A stretch of 64,000 bases of DNA from Octopus bimaculoides (taxonomy: Eukaryota): contig NC_068983.1 in the NCBI RefSeq assembly GCF_001194135.2, positions 82,241,790 through 82,305,789 of the forward strand, written 5' to 3'. This document shows, piece after piece, positions 63,370 through 64,000 of this stretch (the stretch's first letter is position 1; the number at the start of each line of letters is the position of its first letter). Both the position numbers and the translations under genes were made by a program. The notes under the pieces are model-generated. The model did not search any database, was not told the origin of the DNA, and saw only the letters and a program-made list of their open reading frames with translations.

Positions 63370-63590
63370 GTATGTATATGTTTGTGTGTCTGTGTTTATC
63401 CCCCCACCATTGCTTGACAACTGATGCTGGTGTGTTTACGTCCCCGTAACTTAGTGGTTCGGCGAAAGAGATTGCTAGAATAAGTACTAGGCTCACAAAG
63501 AATAAGTCCTGGGATCGATTTCTTTGACTAAAAGGCAGTGTTCCAGCATGGCCACAGTCAGATGACTAATAACAAATAAAAGAATAAACG
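63370..63590 (+). mobile_element. SINE family A, 3' half
   Basis: Matches the tail at 30095-30290; the head is probably in the preceding gap. Confidence 0.85.
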
Positions 63591-64000
63591 AATATATATA
63601 TATATAATAATGAATTTAAAGAGATATTATTTCATAAGGACAATAATTAACTTAATTCTTTTGATGAACGAAAAATAAAATGTAGACATAAACTACTTTA
63701 TTTATATAAAAACTTTAGCTAATGATTTTTTTTTAATTTTGTTTATATGGGTATGTGTATATGCATGTATATGTATATATATGAGTGTGTGTGTTTTAGT
63801 CTATATGCGTTAGTATGTATGTATATTTTTAGGTGTATGTATATATGTTTACGTATGTATTTATATAGGTTTAAGTGTATATATATGTGTTGTTTTTTTA
63901 TATATGTTTGTGTATATTGAGTGTATATTTGTATTTACATGTATGTATAAAGATATATATTTGTGAGTATAGATGTATATTTATATATATTGTGCGTGTG

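Noticed and set aside
5526-63496. Long ORFs in the track rich in YIYI/VCVC/HTHT or X
   Set aside because: They are translations of dinucleotide microsatellites and N gaps, not genes.

Overview
AT-rich, gap-ridden eukaryotic scaffold, saturated with microsatellites. Its repeat families resemble those I associate with octopus (coleoid cephalopod) genomes; that assignment is an inference. I found no host protein-coding exon I can support, and almost all long ORFs in the track are artefacts of N-runs or (TA/TG/CA)n. The real coding remnants are all decayed transposons: a Tx1/L1-type LINE 3' half (1-2030), RTE fragments, two Penelope-like (PLE) GIY-YIG elements, a CR1-type tail, an R4/Dong restriction-like-endonuclease LINE and two maT-type Tc1/mariner transposases. 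There are also three tRNA-derived SINE families and several MITEs. The most interesting signal is RNA-structural. Reading by hand, I find nine well-formed or nearly intact type I minimal hammerhead ribozyme (HHR) motifs at seven loci, plus several relics. All have short palindromic or near-palindromic stem III, the PLE-type signature for dimeric folding. Three loci are short non-coding foldback elements: two carry an outward-facing HHR in each arm, and one encloses a single HHR between ~197-bp inverted arms. All base pairings were checked by eye; no searches or folding programs were run.
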